Shown: positions 21,167 through 31,460, counted from the first letter of the stretch. The stretch is DNA of 64,000 nt from Thermocoleostomius sinensis A174 (GCF_026802175.1 NZ_CP113797.1:719026-783025), one strand, 5' to 3'. A program made the numbers and translations. Notes: generated by a model not told the origin, from the sequence alone.

Positions 21167-21952
21167 GTGTCCAATCCTGACGCCTTACGCAATCTACTCA
21201 ACGATGTTGCCACCGGAACCCTTAGTCCCGATGTAGCACTCGATAAGCTCAAACACTTTGACTTTGAGCCGATCGACGAGTTCGCCAAAGTTGATCATCA
21301 TCGATTGCTGCGCACAGGTTTTCCAGAAGTGATTTGGGGGCAAGACAAAACGCCCGACCAAATTGCTCAAATTATCCGAACCATGCGGCTGCACAATTCG
21401 GTGGTGATGGCAACGCGCATCCGTCCTGAGGTTTATGCTCAGGTTCAAGCGCAAATTCCCGATTTGGACTACTACCCGCTGGCCCGTATTTGTGCCCTGA
21501 AACCTGGACAACTTGAACCTCGCTATGCAGGAACGATCGCCCTGCTGTCTGCGGGAACAGCCGATTTACCCGTCGCAGAAGAAGCCGCTGTGACGGCCGA
21601 ATTGTGTGGATTTCGGGTCAAACGGCTTTGGGATGTAGGTGTGGCGGGCATTCACCGATTGCTCAATAACCGTCATGTCATTGACGAGGCAGATGTGCTG
21701 ATTGTAGTGGCTGGTATGGAGGGAGCTTTACCCAGCGTTGTGGCTGGTTTGGCTAATTGTCCAGTGATTGCGGTTCCTACCAGTATTGGTTATGGAGCCA
21801 GCTTCAACGGCTTGGCGGCTCTGTTAACAATGCTGAACTCCTGTGCGGCTGGCATCGGAGTCGTTAATATTGACAATGGATTTGGAGCCGCTATTTTGGC
21901 TGGACAAATTCTGCGGACGGCTCATCGCTTAAGCTCAAAAGGAGATTTGTGA
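21167..21952 (+). CDS. larB: LarB-like nickel-pincer nucleotide cofactor biosynthesis carboxylase/hydrolase (PurE/AIR-carboxylase fold)
   Basis: A PurE-like core (…LLSAGTADLPVAEEA…VVAGMEGALPSVVAGL…PVIAVPTSIGYG…NGFGAAILAGQIL) with an about 100-aa N-terminal extension, as in LarB. GTG start. Confidence 0.7.
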   Translation: MSNPDALRNLLNDVATGTLSPDVALDKLKHFDFEPIDEFAKVDHHRLLRTGFPEVIWGQDKTPDQIAQIIRTMRLHNSVVMATRIRPEVYAQVQAQIPDLDYYPLARICALKPGQLEPRYAGTIALLSAGTADLPVAEEAAVTAELCGFRVKRLWDVGVAGIHRLLNNRHVIDEADVLIVVAGMEGALPSVVAGLANCPVIAVPTSIGYGASFNGLAALLTMLNSCAAGIGVVNIDNGFGAAILAGQILRTAHRLSSKGDL

Positions 21953-22336
21953 ATGCCCGCTATTCCTTGTCATATTCTAGTCGAAGGTAATCCAGTTATT
22001 GTTTATGCAAGTCGAAATGGCTCCCCCGAAAAGGTACTTCCGATTCTCAATCGATTCCTTGACACATTCTGGCAAGAGCGAGACGCTTCTGGTGAAATCA
22101 GCGATACCCCAGAATGTTTAGTAGCCCAAATTGTTGTGCGATTTGGCTTTGAGATTTGTGAAGACGATTATTCTAATTTGCGGGTAGGGTTGCACTATTA
22201 TCCTGATGTAGAGTATTTGTATACAATTACAGCCGATCGCCAAGTACAGGTTTGGGTGCCAGAGATAGACTATCGCGAAAATCCGGCGTTGGGGTTAAAA
22301 GGCTGCCACCCCCTCCACAACACTAACCATTGTTGA
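21953..22336 (+). CDS. Hypothetical protein, 127 aa, translationally coupled to larB; C-terminal Cys/His motif GCHPLHNTNHC
   Basis: Its ATG directly abuts the larB TGA stop (TGAATG). No recognisable family. The 3' end overlaps the convergent O-methyltransferase gene by about 40 bp. Confidence 0.45.
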   Translation: MPAIPCHILVEGNPVIVYASRNGSPEKVLPILNRFLDTFWQERDASGEISDTPECLVAQIVVRFGFEICEDDYSNLRVGLHYYPDVEYLYTITADRQVQVWVPEIDYRENPALGLKGCHPLHNTNHC

Positions 22337-23458
22337 CGTCGGAACAATACGAGACAGCTTGAACCCAGCAGCGGTCAGCAATACCTCATATTCGGCGGCG
22401 GTGCGTTCACGTCCACCCGGACACATCACCAGCATATTCATATCCAGCAATTTGCCCATAAACGGTTCATTGCCCGGTGGAATCACTTGTTCCACAATCA
22501 ATACACGACCGTTATCCGTCATGGCGCGTCGGCATTGTTTTAAGATTTCGATCGATCGATCATCATCCCAGTCATGCACAATGTGCTTGAGCAGGTAAGC
22601 ATCGGCTCCAGTGGGTACGGCTTCAAAGAAATTCCCTTCCACCACTTGACAGCGATCGCTCACGCCATAAGACGCCAACACCGAAGCTGCCCCGGCTACC
22701 ACCGCTGGTTGCTCAAACAAAATGCCGTGCAGATGAGGGTTAGCGTGTAACACAGCGGCTAATAGGCTACCGTGACCGCCCGCCACATCTACCAAGGTGT
22801 GAATTGGGGAGAAATCATAACCCGTGACAACGCCGACATTTTCTACGGATGAAAAGCTGGTCATAGCCCGATCGAACACGGCGGCGGCCTCTGGATTTTG
22901 GGCATAGTGTTGAAACACATTCATGCCATACAGATTTTCGAAGGCACTTTCGCCCGTGCGCAGGCTGTGCATCACGTTGCCCCAACTGGCATAATGTTCT
23001 GGATCACCGAGCATAATGGCGGCATCACGCACAGAACCAGGCTGATCGCGCTGCAAATACGTAGCTAAGGGAGTGAGGGCAAACCAACCCGGTTCGGTTT
23101 CAACGAAAATTCCCAGACTCGACAACGCACGCAGCAATCGATACAGCGATCGAGGATCAGTTGCAGTGAGTTGAGCCAATACCTCAGTTGATTGGGCCCG
23201 ATCGCCTAAGTGATCGGCAATGCCCAGCTTGGCCGCAGCATAAATTGATTGCGCCACCCAATAGCTCGTCACCATTTGCATCATCATCATTTGCAGTGCA
23301 TCGGGGGCAGTTAGCTCAGAATCCAGCCCAGAGGGCGCAGCCTCTGGTGCATTTAGTGTTTCTATATTCATCACAATAGTATCCATCCCGTTCTTTGTAG
23401 AGAATAAAAAGGTATATAGAGATCGAATAGCATCGCTGAGTTGAAACATGAACTTCAT
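22295..23458 (-). CDS. Class I SAM-dependent O-methyltransferase (Methyltransf_2 family, with N-terminal dimerisation domain)
   Basis: …MMMMQMVTSYWVAQSIYAAAKLGIADHL… is the dimerisation domain. The SAM-binding motif LVDVAGGHGSLLAAVL and C-terminal region are typical of plant-type and CrtF-type OMTs. The start is ambiguous: 23458, 23386 or 23371. Confidence 0.75.
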   Translation of the reverse strand: MKFMFQLSDAIRSLYTFLFSTKNGMDTIVMNIETLNAPEAAPSGLDSELTAPDALQMMMMQMVTSYWVAQSIYAAAKLGIADHLGDRAQSTEVLAQLTATDPRSLYRLLRALSSLGIFVETEPGWFALTPLATYLQRDQPGSVRDAAIMLGDPEHYASWGNVMHSLRTGESAFENLYGMNVFQHYAQNPEAAAVFDRAMTSFSSVENVGVVTGYDFSPIHTLVDVAGGHGSLLAAVLHANPHLHGILFEQPAVVAGAASVLASYGVSDRCQVVEGNFFEAVPTGADAYLLKHIVHDWDDDRSIEILKQCRRAMTDNGRVLIVEQVIPPGNEPFMGKLLDMNMLVMCPGGRERTAAEYEVLLTAAGFKLSRIVPTSTMVSVVEGVAAF

Positions 23459-23701
23459 AAGGACAATTTGAAATTACCCTTATGCACTCATAGACGCTCG
23501 CCCTATTTTCCTCGTTCAGTAATGCCAGCAAAACATGAAAAATATACCTGTCAGTCGGTGGAGCAACCCGTCAGTCTCGCAGTTGTTACCATCTCTCTTC
23601 AATACATGAGATAGTAGATCAATTCCGCAGAGGTGCGACGTTTCTTAAATCTCAATTTGTTGTTTGTGTGGTCTGAACTGTTTTCCCTAATCAAAGCATC
23701 C

Positions 23702-24928
23702 ATGACCTTGACCCTGACTCGTGAAACCAGGAACGTGGCGTTGCTGGTAATTTGCCAGGCCCTCGCCATGACCAGTATTACCATTCTGTTTACCGTGGCC
23801 GCCCTAATTGGCGATCGTTTGGCAGCCGATAAATCCTTGGCAACGCTACCATTGGCGCTGTTGCAGATCGCGGTGATGATAACTACCATTCCAGCTTCGC
23901 TATTGATGAAGCAACGCGGGCGGCGATTCGGCTTTGTGTTGGGTACAATCATCGGTCTGGCAGGAGCCGGGTTAGGTGTAACTAGTACTGTGATCGGTCA
24001 CTTTTGGCTATTTTGCGTAGCTACGATTCTGTTTGGCGTCTTCAATGGCTTTGTTGGCTTTTATCGGTTTGCGGCGGCCGATGCTGCCAGTGAGTCGTTT
24101 CGGGCGCAGGCAATCTCGTTGGTGGTTGCGGGGGGCGTGGTGGCCGCGATTGTGGGGCCAGGGCTGGCCAGTTGGACGAAGGACTGGCTAACTGCCACCT
24201 TTGCTGGATCATTAGTGCCGATCGTAGGCTTACAAGTAGTCACCTTGGGCGTGCTGCAAGGCATTGAGATGCCGCCGCTTTCGACATCGGAGCAGCGAGA
24301 AGCAGGGCGATCGCTGAGGCAGATTATGCAGCAACCCGTATTCATCGTCGCCACGTTGGGTAGCATGGTGGGCTATGGCGTCATGGTGCTGCTGATGACG
24401 GCAACTCCTTTGGCAATGGTAGCGATCGATCATCCCTTTGAGGCAGCGGCGTCTGTGATTCAGTGGCACATTCTTGGCATGTTCGCTCCATCATTCTTTA
24501 CCGGATTTCTGATTGCCCGCTTTGGCGTTTTGTCAATTATTCTCAGCGGCGTTATCTTAAATTTTCTATGTGTGGGGGTCAATGGGGTTGGGGTTGAGGT
24601 TGGACATTTTCGCGTTGCCTTGACGCTATTGGGAATCGGCTGGAATTTCATGTTTGTGGGTTCTACCACGCTGCTGACCGCTACCTATACACCCGTCGAG
24701 AAGGCCAAAACCCAAGCCATGCATGATTTTTTGATGTTTGCCTGTGTTGCTGTTGCCACATTTTTGTCAGGGCGAATTCTCAATAACAGCGGCTGGGCGA
24801 CTGTCAATCAAACGGCGGTGCCGGGGCTGGTGTTGGTTTTCGTTGCAGTTCTCTGGTTGCGACAGCGGCAAGGGCAACGCCAAAGGATTCAAAGTTCAAG
24901 CATCGATCATCCAAAGGTAAAAAACTAG
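23702..24928 (+). CDS. MFS transporter
   Basis: A 12-TM hydrophobic profile with the MFS motif …MKQRGRRFGFVLG… between TM2 and TM3. The ATG at 23702 is preferred over the GTG at 23633. Confidence 0.8.
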   Translation: MTLTLTRETRNVALLVICQALAMTSITILFTVAALIGDRLAADKSLATLPLALLQIAVMITTIPASLLMKQRGRRFGFVLGTIIGLAGAGLGVTSTVIGHFWLFCVATILFGVFNGFVGFYRFAAADAASESFRAQAISLVVAGGVVAAIVGPGLASWTKDWLTATFAGSLVPIVGLQVVTLGVLQGIEMPPLSTSEQREAGRSLRQIMQQPVFIVATLGSMVGYGVMVLLMTATPLAMVAIDHPFEAAASVIQWHILGMFAPSFFTGFLIARFGVLSIILSGVILNFLCVGVNGVGVEVGHFRVALTLLGIGWNFMFVGSTTLLTATYTPVEKAKTQAMHDFLMFACVAVATFLSGRILNNSGWATVNQTAVPGLVLVFVAVLWLRQRQGQRQRIQSSSIDHPKVKN

Positions 24929-25049
24929 TGCTGATCCCAAATAGGTTCCAGCCGATCGCTTAGGATAGAGAAAGATAGCTTCACAAATCTTGAGGCTATC
25001 GGTTTACGATCGTCCTCACAACCATTTTTTGTGATTATTCTTTGCAATC

Positions 25050-25316
25050 ATGGCTATCTTTCGTCAATATATTGCCCCACTGCTGATTGTTCTGGTGTTT
25101 TTGTTTGCCCTTGTAGCCATTGGCATTCGCAGCTTCTTGCCAGCCGACATGGCGGCTCCCGCTCCCATTGAGGAGGTGGACTCAACGGCTCAACGGTTCT
25201 CTGCGGAAATGCAGCAAGAGCTTACAGCGGCTCCAGATGTAGCGGGTCTTCCCCCTTCCCTAGAGGCGTTGGTGCATGGATTGCCAGACGATCGCGCTTT
25301 GGGAACTCGGCTATAA
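25050..25316 (+). CDS. Small hypothetical protein with one N-terminal TM helix (88 aa)
   Basis: ORF only. The hydrophobic N-terminus is LLIVLVFLFALVAIGI. Confidence 0.35.
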   Translation: MAIFRQYIAPLLIVLVFLFALVAIGIRSFLPADMAAPAPIEEVDSTAQRFSAEMQQELTAAPDVAGLPPSLEALVHGLPDDRALGTRL

Positions 25317-25367
25317 CCAAAATTGAGCTTAATCAAACTGTGCTTCAAAGGTTATGTTTAATAAACC

Positions 25368-25868
25368 GTGTCTGAACCAAATTTAGCAGAACTGCCTTCA
25401 GATTATCGGCTACGGATCGGGTCTGGACTCGATCGGGCGCTGCTGGTTAAGTTCATGCAGCAGACCTATCAAGAGCTTTACCCTGGTTGCAATTTGACGC
25501 ATTTTGCAATCACAGTTGAACAGTATTTGTCATCCGAAACGCCGCTGTGGTGGGTTGAGCAGGAAGATGCAACTCCGATTGCTTGCCTATGGCTGGGAAC
25601 AGCTATAGATCAGGTGCAGGGCGATCGCCATGCCTACATTTTTTTGTTATATGTCAGCCCTGACCATCGTCGCCGAGGGATTGGCTCGGCTCTGATGCAA
25701 TACGCTGAAACCTGGGCAAAAGCTAGAGGCGATCGGCAAATTGGGCTACAAGTGTTTCAAACCAATCAACCCGCGCTCAATCTCTACGCAAAATTGGGCT
25801 ATCGGACACAGTCGATTTGGATGGTGAAATCATTCTGTATCCTTTTGCTGTTTCTGCTTCACTCCTGA
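25368..25868 (+). CDS. GNAT family N-acetyltransferase
   Basis: Acetyl-CoA binding motif …LYVSPDHRRRGIGSALMQYAETWAKARG…. GTG start. Confidence 0.75.
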   Translation: MSEPNLAELPSDYRLRIGSGLDRALLVKFMQQTYQELYPGCNLTHFAITVEQYLSSETPLWWVEQEDATPIACLWLGTAIDQVQGDRHAYIFLLYVSPDHRRRGIGSALMQYAETWAKARGDRQIGLQVFQTNQPALNLYAKLGYRTQSIWMVKSFCILLLFLLHS

Positions 25869-25954
25869 TCCCGCAATTCCCTAAAATGATCCAAGGGATC
25901 AAAATCTTATCTATGTTCTAATCCCTAATTCCTAACCCCTAATTCCTAGTCTCT

Positions 25955-26422
25955 ATGTCTACGACCGTTGCCGATATTATGAGCCGCGATCCGATCGTGG
26001 TTCATCCCGAAACGCCGCTCAATGAGGCGATCAAAATTCTGGCAGAGCATCGCATTAGCGGGCTACCTGTGGTGGATGCTAGCAACAAATTGGTGGGAGT
26101 TGTTTCTGAAACCGATCTCATGTGGCAGGAAACAGGTGTCACTCCTCCTGCCTATTTCATGATTTTGGATAGCGTCATTTATTTAGAAAATCCAGCTAAA
26201 TATGAACGCGATTTACATAAAGCTCTGGGACAAACTGTAGACGAGGTGATGACGAAAAAAGACATTGCTACAACGACTCCAGAAACCTCTGTCCGCAGCG
26301 CTGCTCACTTGATGCACGAACGAAAAGTGCATCGACTCATTGTAGTGGATGCGACCAAACAAGTTGTCGGGGTGCTGACTCGAGGTGACATTATTCGATT
26401 GATGGCTGCCAATCAAGAGTGA
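25955..26422 (+). CDS. CBS domain pair protein
   Basis: Two CBS motifs (…HRISGLPVVDASNKLVGVVSETDL… and …HRLIVVDATKQVVGVLTRGDI…). Confidence 0.8.
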   Translation: MSTTVADIMSRDPIVVHPETPLNEAIKILAEHRISGLPVVDASNKLVGVVSETDLMWQETGVTPPAYFMILDSVIYLENPAKYERDLHKALGQTVDEVMTKKDIATTTPETSVRSAAHLMHERKVHRLIVVDATKQVVGVLTRGDIIRLMAANQE

Positions 26423-26594
26423 GCCGATCGACCTTTGCGTTGAGCTTGAGTGCTGAAAGTTGTGGAATCAATCAAACATCAGAGTGGGATTAGTATTGTC
26501 CAGATTTTATGATTCATTCATTGAATTGCCTCATGACAAAGCTCAACGTTTGCAAAGATTTAGTTACAGAACATTACAGAAACCGAGATTAAAA

Positions 26595-27254
26595 ATGAGT
26601 GTTACGCCTGAATCTGTTAAAGAACTGTTGCGTTCAGATGATTTTGGACAACGCCTCAGCGCTATCAATCAGTTGCGGCAGCTTGATCCGGCTATTGCTT
26701 TTGAATTAATTCAACCTGCGATCGCCGATCAAAGTGTGCGCGTGCGCTATGCCGCCGTGAGCCAGATGTCCACCCTGGGAAGTCAGAACGCTCCGCTTTC
26801 GCTGGAAATCCTCCGTCGGTGTTTACTCGAAGATCCAGAACCTGATGTGCAAGCTGCGGCTGCCGATGCCTTGGGAGCACTAAAGCTGACTGAAGCCTAT
26901 GAGGATTTGGAGCGGCTTTATCACCAAACCCCAGAGTGGCTCGTTAAGTTCAGCATTGTGGCCTGCTTAGGAGAACTTGGAGATCCACGCTCATTTTCAC
27001 TGCTGGAAGCCGCTTTGCAGTCCGACAACGAACTGGTTAAAACGGCTGCAATTGGTTCGTTGGGTGAACTGGGCGATGAACGCGCTCTGCCCCTAATTTT
27101 GCCGTATGCGTCTAATCCTGACTGGCAAATTCGCTATCGAGTGGCGCAAGCGTTGAGTCGCTTTGATCATCCAGAAGCACGGGCTGCTTTAGAACAACTA
27201 ACCCAAGACGAGATGGAACCTGTAGCCCAGGAAGCTAAATCTTATCTGGGCTAG
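26595..27254 (+). CDS. HEAT-repeat protein (PBS-lyase HEAT-like repeats; NblB/CpcE-like architecture)
   Basis: Repeated …VRVRYAAVSQMSTLG…, …DVQAAAADALGALK…, …ELVKTAAIGSLGELGDERALPLIL… and …WQIRYRVAQALSRF… units. The ATG at 26595 is preferred over the TTG at 26460. Confidence 0.7.
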   Translation: MSVTPESVKELLRSDDFGQRLSAINQLRQLDPAIAFELIQPAIADQSVRVRYAAVSQMSTLGSQNAPLSLEILRRCLLEDPEPDVQAAAADALGALKLTEAYEDLERLYHQTPEWLVKFSIVACLGELGDPRSFSLLEAALQSDNELVKTAAIGSLGELGDERALPLILPYASNPDWQIRYRVAQALSRFDHPEARAALEQLTQDEMEPVAQEAKSYLG

Positions 27255-27310
27255 TAAGGTTGGCGGTCATGCCAGCATCGCTTCATCTAAGTGATTGCAT
27301 CATGGCTGCA

Positions 27311-27889
27311 TCAATTAGACGCACCGCTTGACTTGCGACGGCTGCGGCTAGAGGTTGACCGAGACGTTGTTTTTGCTCTCGACGTTGGTTTGACCTTAGC
27401 CGCAGTTTTAGTTTTGGGCGTTGAATGAGCACGACCGCCTGTGCGTGTTTGTCGCTTCTTAGTTGCAGATGTGTCATTGGAATCGGCAGAGTCCATCCGG
27501 GTAGCCGCGGCACCGTTAGAGGGTTCACCCATTACAGCCACATTGGCAACAGACTCAGATGGTTTAGACGACTGAGCCTTGCGCGATCGCGTCCCTCGTC
27601 GAGTTCGCTTCGGTTTCTCAGCGGCTTCTTTTCTAGCAACCGCCAAGTAGCGTTTCAGTGATGCCACCGTAATCTTTACTTCCTGACCTGCCAAAATCTC
27701 TACTACTTCATCGTAGCTGTAACCCCGATCGAGCGCCATTGTGATTGAGTCGTGTAATTCCAAAACCGCTTCACGCAGCGACAGATTCTCCTTCGGTTTC
27801 GCAGGTAAATCCTTCAGCGTTGAACTGACTTGTTCAATTGCAGATTTGGGAACAGCAGCAGCAGACGAACGTTTTTTAATTTTGGCCAT
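27311..27889 (-). CDS. Hypothetical protein with a folded N-terminal domain and a long basic Ser/Thr/Lys/Arg-rich disordered C-terminal tail
   Basis: 192-aa ORF with an ATG start. The C-terminal half is low complexity (…KRTRRGTRSRKAQSSK…TKTAAKVKPTSRAKTTSRSTSSRSRRKSSGASN), reminiscent of histone-H1-like tails. Confidence 0.5.
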   Translation of the reverse strand: MAKIKKRSSAAAVPKSAIEQVSSTLKDLPAKPKENLSLREAVLELHDSITMALDRGYSYDEVVEILAGQEVKITVASLKRYLAVARKEAAEKPKRTRRGTRSRKAQSSKPSESVANVAVMGEPSNGAAATRMDSADSNDTSATKKRQTRTGGRAHSTPKTKTAAKVKPTSRAKTTSRSTSSRSRRKSSGASN

Positions 27890-28274
27890 GTTTCAGTTCC
27901 TACAAACGTTAAATTACCTAGGTCGTTCAAGCAAGAAAGTGAGTTTGCGTTGTGAATATTTCACGGTCAACCTTCAGCGATCGATGATTTGATCATCATT
28001 TTCTCTCCTTCATACGTTTTAGGAGCTAACTCATGTTGCGATCGGCTGATATCTGACTGCAAAATACTTTCTTTTTATCTACATTACCAATTTATCTTTC
28101 CCATAAATCAATTCGCCCATTCAGTTTAGGCAGAAATCTAAAATTGCGACATGTAATCGCAATAGTTGATACAAAAATCGTCCTCCTAGTTTTGTCAACC
28201 AATTCACGGTCTTCACCCTGAATACGACCGAAGCGCATCCATTTAGCTCAACGGTGTGTCTTCTAGAGTTACAA

Positions 28275-29156
28275 TCAATCCTCATCCTCTAATTCATCCG
28301 AACTGGTAAACAACGCATCGGGAATTGTCAGGGCTAGTTGATAAAGTTGACGGCGAGGTAAAGCAGTTTGTTGAGCTAATTGACGACTCGCTTGCGATCG
28401 CGACAATCCCTGCTGCAATAACTGCTGTAGTTCTGCCTTCAATGCCGACTCAGACAATACAGGTTCAGCCGTTTCATAACCAGACACAATCAAAGTAAAT
28501 TCACCTTGAGGTTCATGCAGGCGATAAAACTTGTCCGCCTCTGCTAACGTACCGCGCCAAAATTGTTCGTGCAGTTTTGTCAGTTCTCGTGCTAGCACAA
28601 CCGATCGATCTCCCCCCAACACTGTCACCAAATCTGACAACGTTTGTCGTACTCGATGAGGCGCTTCATAAAATACTAAGGTGCGAGGATCAGCTTGAAT
28701 AGATTCAAGATAGTGACGACGTTCTTGAGATTTGGCAGGCAAAAACCCTTCAAAGGCAAAACGATCTGTCGGCAACCCCGCTGCACTAAGCGCCGTAATT
28801 ACCGCCGTCACGCCTGGAATCGGAACCACCGCAATCTGTTCTTCAACACAAGCTTTTACTAACTCATAACCCGGATCGGAAATGCCCGGCATTCCTGCAT
28901 CCGTCACGAGGGCAATCGTCTCTCCTTGGTGTAGGCGTCGCAGCAGTTCAGGATGACGAGCGCGGCGATTGTGATCGTGATAGCTAATTTGTGGTGTGGT
29001 GATTTGAAAATGCTGTAAAAGCTTTCCAGTATGGCGGGTATCTTCTGCCGCAATTACGCTGACCTTTCGCAGCACATCAATCGCCCGAAAGGTCATGTCT
29101 TCCAGATTGCCGATCGGCGTTCCAACAACGTAAAGCGTTCCAGCCTGTATATCCAT
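28275..29156 (-). CDS. rsmI: 16S rRNA (cytidine1402-2'-O)-methyltransferase RsmI
   Basis: The N-terminus GTLYVVGTPIGNLEDMTFRAI…IAAEDTRHTGKLL is the tetrapyrrole-methylase fold signature of RsmI. Confidence 0.85.
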   Translation of the reverse strand: MDIQAGTLYVVGTPIGNLEDMTFRAIDVLRKVSVIAAEDTRHTGKLLQHFQITTPQISYHDHNRRARHPELLRRLHQGETIALVTDAGMPGISDPGYELVKACVEEQIAVVPIPGVTAVITALSAAGLPTDRFAFEGFLPAKSQERRHYLESIQADPRTLVFYEAPHRVRQTLSDLVTVLGGDRSVVLARELTKLHEQFWRGTLAEADKFYRLHEPQGEFTLIVSGYETAEPVLSESALKAELQQLLQQGLSRSQASRQLAQQTALPRRQLYQLALTIPDALFTSSDELEDED

Positions 29157-29536
29157 ACGGGCATCTTACAGCAACTTGCTGCGATTCACCCTGCTATCAA
29201 GCCTCGATCGAGGACATTCCTGCCCTTATTTTTGCATGTTTGCCCATAGCAACCAATGCCCTGAGCGCCCACTCAAGCACACAGCGCCAAGGAACACCCA
29301 CTACTTGATCAAGCAAGTAACATTTTTTACTATAATCTTCATAAAATTACATATGCTGAATATACAGAACCCTAATTCGTCAAGTCTTGGTAAAGCTGGA
29401 GGGAACACGGTTTATCCAAACAGAATTCCAGTTCATACTGCTGAATATAGACATAAGAGTCAACCATGAGCAATACTCTGAGTTCTTATTTTAACTGTGA
29501 CCCATCCTTGTGCTTTACCGTGGCATTCGTATACCT

Positions 29537-30232
29537 ATGAATACAACCCCTAAAATATCTTTTTTTTATTCAAGAACTGTTTCTCATTTGTCCTCAGTAC
29601 CACAAGAGACCGTTTCGTCGAGTATTCACCCATCGGTTACTAGCCGATTAAAACGATACATTGATATCATCGGAGCTTGCGTTGGTCTCACGCTTACGGC
29701 TGTCTTGTTGCTTCCGATTGCGGTTGCCATCTATTTAGACAATCCAGGACCGCTGTTTTATTGTCAAACTCGCTGTGGTTATCGGGGGCAATCCTTTCGT
29801 ATCTGGAAGTTTCGCTCAATGATAGTCAATGCTGACCAACTAAAGCACACCGTTGTTAACCAAGCCAAAGGACACATTTTTAAGAATGATCGCGATCCAC
29901 GCATTACCAAAGTAGGACGGTTTCTGCGTCGTACCAGCTTGGATGAATTGCCGCAGTTCTGGAATGTGCTGAAAGGCGAGATGAGCTTGGTTGGAACACG
30001 CCCACCCACTCCCGATGAAGTGAAAAAGTACAACAATCGTCATTGGAAGCGGTTAGATGTGAAACCTGGCATCACTGGCGAGTGGCAAGCCAATGGTCGA
30101 TCGTCTGTCACAAATTTTGAAGATATCGTTAACCTCGATTTACGCTACATGGAGCAGTGGTCGATCGCCTATGATCTGGGGCTGATTCTTAAAACAATTC
30201 TAGTGGTTGTTAAACGGAAAGGCGCTTGCTAG
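29537..30232 (+). CDS. Sugar transferase (Bac_transf family; undecaprenyl-phosphate hexose-1-phosphate transferase, WbaP/EpsL-like C-terminal domain)
   Basis: …IWKFRSM…DELPQFWNVLKGEMSLVGTRPP… is the hallmark of polyprenyl-phosphate sugar phosphotransferases. One N-terminal TM helix. The ATG at 29537 is preferred over the GTG at 29510. Confidence 0.8.
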   Translation: MNTTPKISFFYSRTVSHLSSVPQETVSSSIHPSVTSRLKRYIDIIGACVGLTLTAVLLLPIAVAIYLDNPGPLFYCQTRCGYRGQSFRIWKFRSMIVNADQLKHTVVNQAKGHIFKNDRDPRITKVGRFLRRTSLDELPQFWNVLKGEMSLVGTRPPTPDEVKKYNNRHWKRLDVKPGITGEWQANGRSSVTNFEDIVNLDLRYMEQWSIAYDLGLILKTILVVVKRKGAC

Positions 30233-30419
30233 GGAGCAAGCATGCACATTTCTAATCGACTCACATTCCGATTTCATTCCACCGCTGCAACCAAACCATT
30301 ATGGAGAGGTTGCAATTTTTATGGGATTCACATTTCTCATACAGGACGCCGTGGACATCTGTCAGGGTGCTGTGATTCATCTCTCGATACAATGAAAGAA
30401 TGATTTCTCACTCCTATCA

Positions 30420-31328
30420 GTGTTGCACACTCCTGCTCATGGACTATTTGTCGGGCTGATTACGCTAGACTTGCTTTACCTTGTCACCGAGTTACCTAAT
30501 CGCAATCAGAAAGTTGTAGCGCTAGATTCCCTAACGGCAGCGGGTGGGCCTGCCACCAATGCTGCTGTTGCATTTAAACACTTAGGAAATCAAGCAACTC
30601 TACTGGGTGTGATGGGTTGCCATGCCATGACCTCCTGTGTAGTCACAGATTTGCAGCAATGTGGCGTTACCTTTGTCGATCTTCAACCCGATCGAGCAGA
30701 ACCCTTGCCCACATCTTCTATTATCGTGACACAGGCTACAGGCGATCGGGCAGTGGTGTCTCTCAATGCCAGCAAGTCCCAAGCCCAAGCTGATGCCATT
30801 CCTGGCTCAATTCTCACCGATCTAGAACACCATAGCATTCAGGTGGTGCTAATTGATGGTCATCAAATAGAGGTGGGTCACACCATTGCCCAGCGGGCCC
30901 GCGCTGCCGGAATTCCGATCGTAATTGATGGCGGCAGTTGGAAACCCGGCTTTGAGCAAGTGCTTCCCTATGCAGATTACGTTATCTGCTCTGCCAATTT
31001 CCATCCACCCGGATGTCCTACACCAGATCAGGTCTTCCATTACCTATCTAAGCTTCAGATTCCCTATATTGCCATAACCCAAGGCGATCGACCCATTCAA
31101 TTTCTCAGCCAAGGAGAATCTGGCTTCATTCCAGTTCCATCTGTGACCCCGATCGATACACTAGGCGCAGGTGATATTTTCCACGGGGCATTCTGTCATT
31201 TCATCCAATACACCAGTTTTAAAGCTGCCCTCACTCAAGCCGCGACGATCGCCGCCCACAGTTGTCAGTTTTTTGGTACAAGGCAGTGGATGAAGGAAGA
31301 AAGGATAAAGGAAAAGGATAAAGGATAA
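30420..31328 (+). CDS. PfkB family carbohydrate kinase (ribokinase-like fold)
   Basis: The C-terminal …DTLGAGDIFHGAFCHF… anion-hole/DTxGAGD motif. GTG start. Confidence 0.7.
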   Translation: MLHTPAHGLFVGLITLDLLYLVTELPNRNQKVVALDSLTAAGGPATNAAVAFKHLGNQATLLGVMGCHAMTSCVVTDLQQCGVTFVDLQPDRAEPLPTSSIIVTQATGDRAVVSLNASKSQAQADAIPGSILTDLEHHSIQVVLIDGHQIEVGHTIAQRARAAGIPIVIDGGSWKPGFEQVLPYADYVICSANFHPPGCPTPDQVFHYLSKLQIPYIAITQGDRPIQFLSQGESGFIPVPSVTPIDTLGAGDIFHGAFCHFIQYTSFKAALTQAATIAAHSCQFFGTRQWMKEERIKEKDKG

Positions 31329-31460
31329 ATGGGGGTAAAGGATGAGCCGATCCCGATTCCCCCTTCCCTCTTTTCCCCACTCCCTTGCTAAGGTTGAATA
31401 AGTTAAATTGACAGATACAGACTCTTTCATCTTCATCAGACTTGTCCTGGGTGTAATTGC

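Noticed and set aside
25050-25868. A TacA/TacT-like (RHH antitoxin + GNAT toxin) module formed by the 88-aa ORF and the 166-aa GNAT
   Set aside because: The 88-aa protein has a hydrophobic TM-like N-terminus and no RHH pattern. The GNAT looks like an ordinary housekeeping acetyltransferase.
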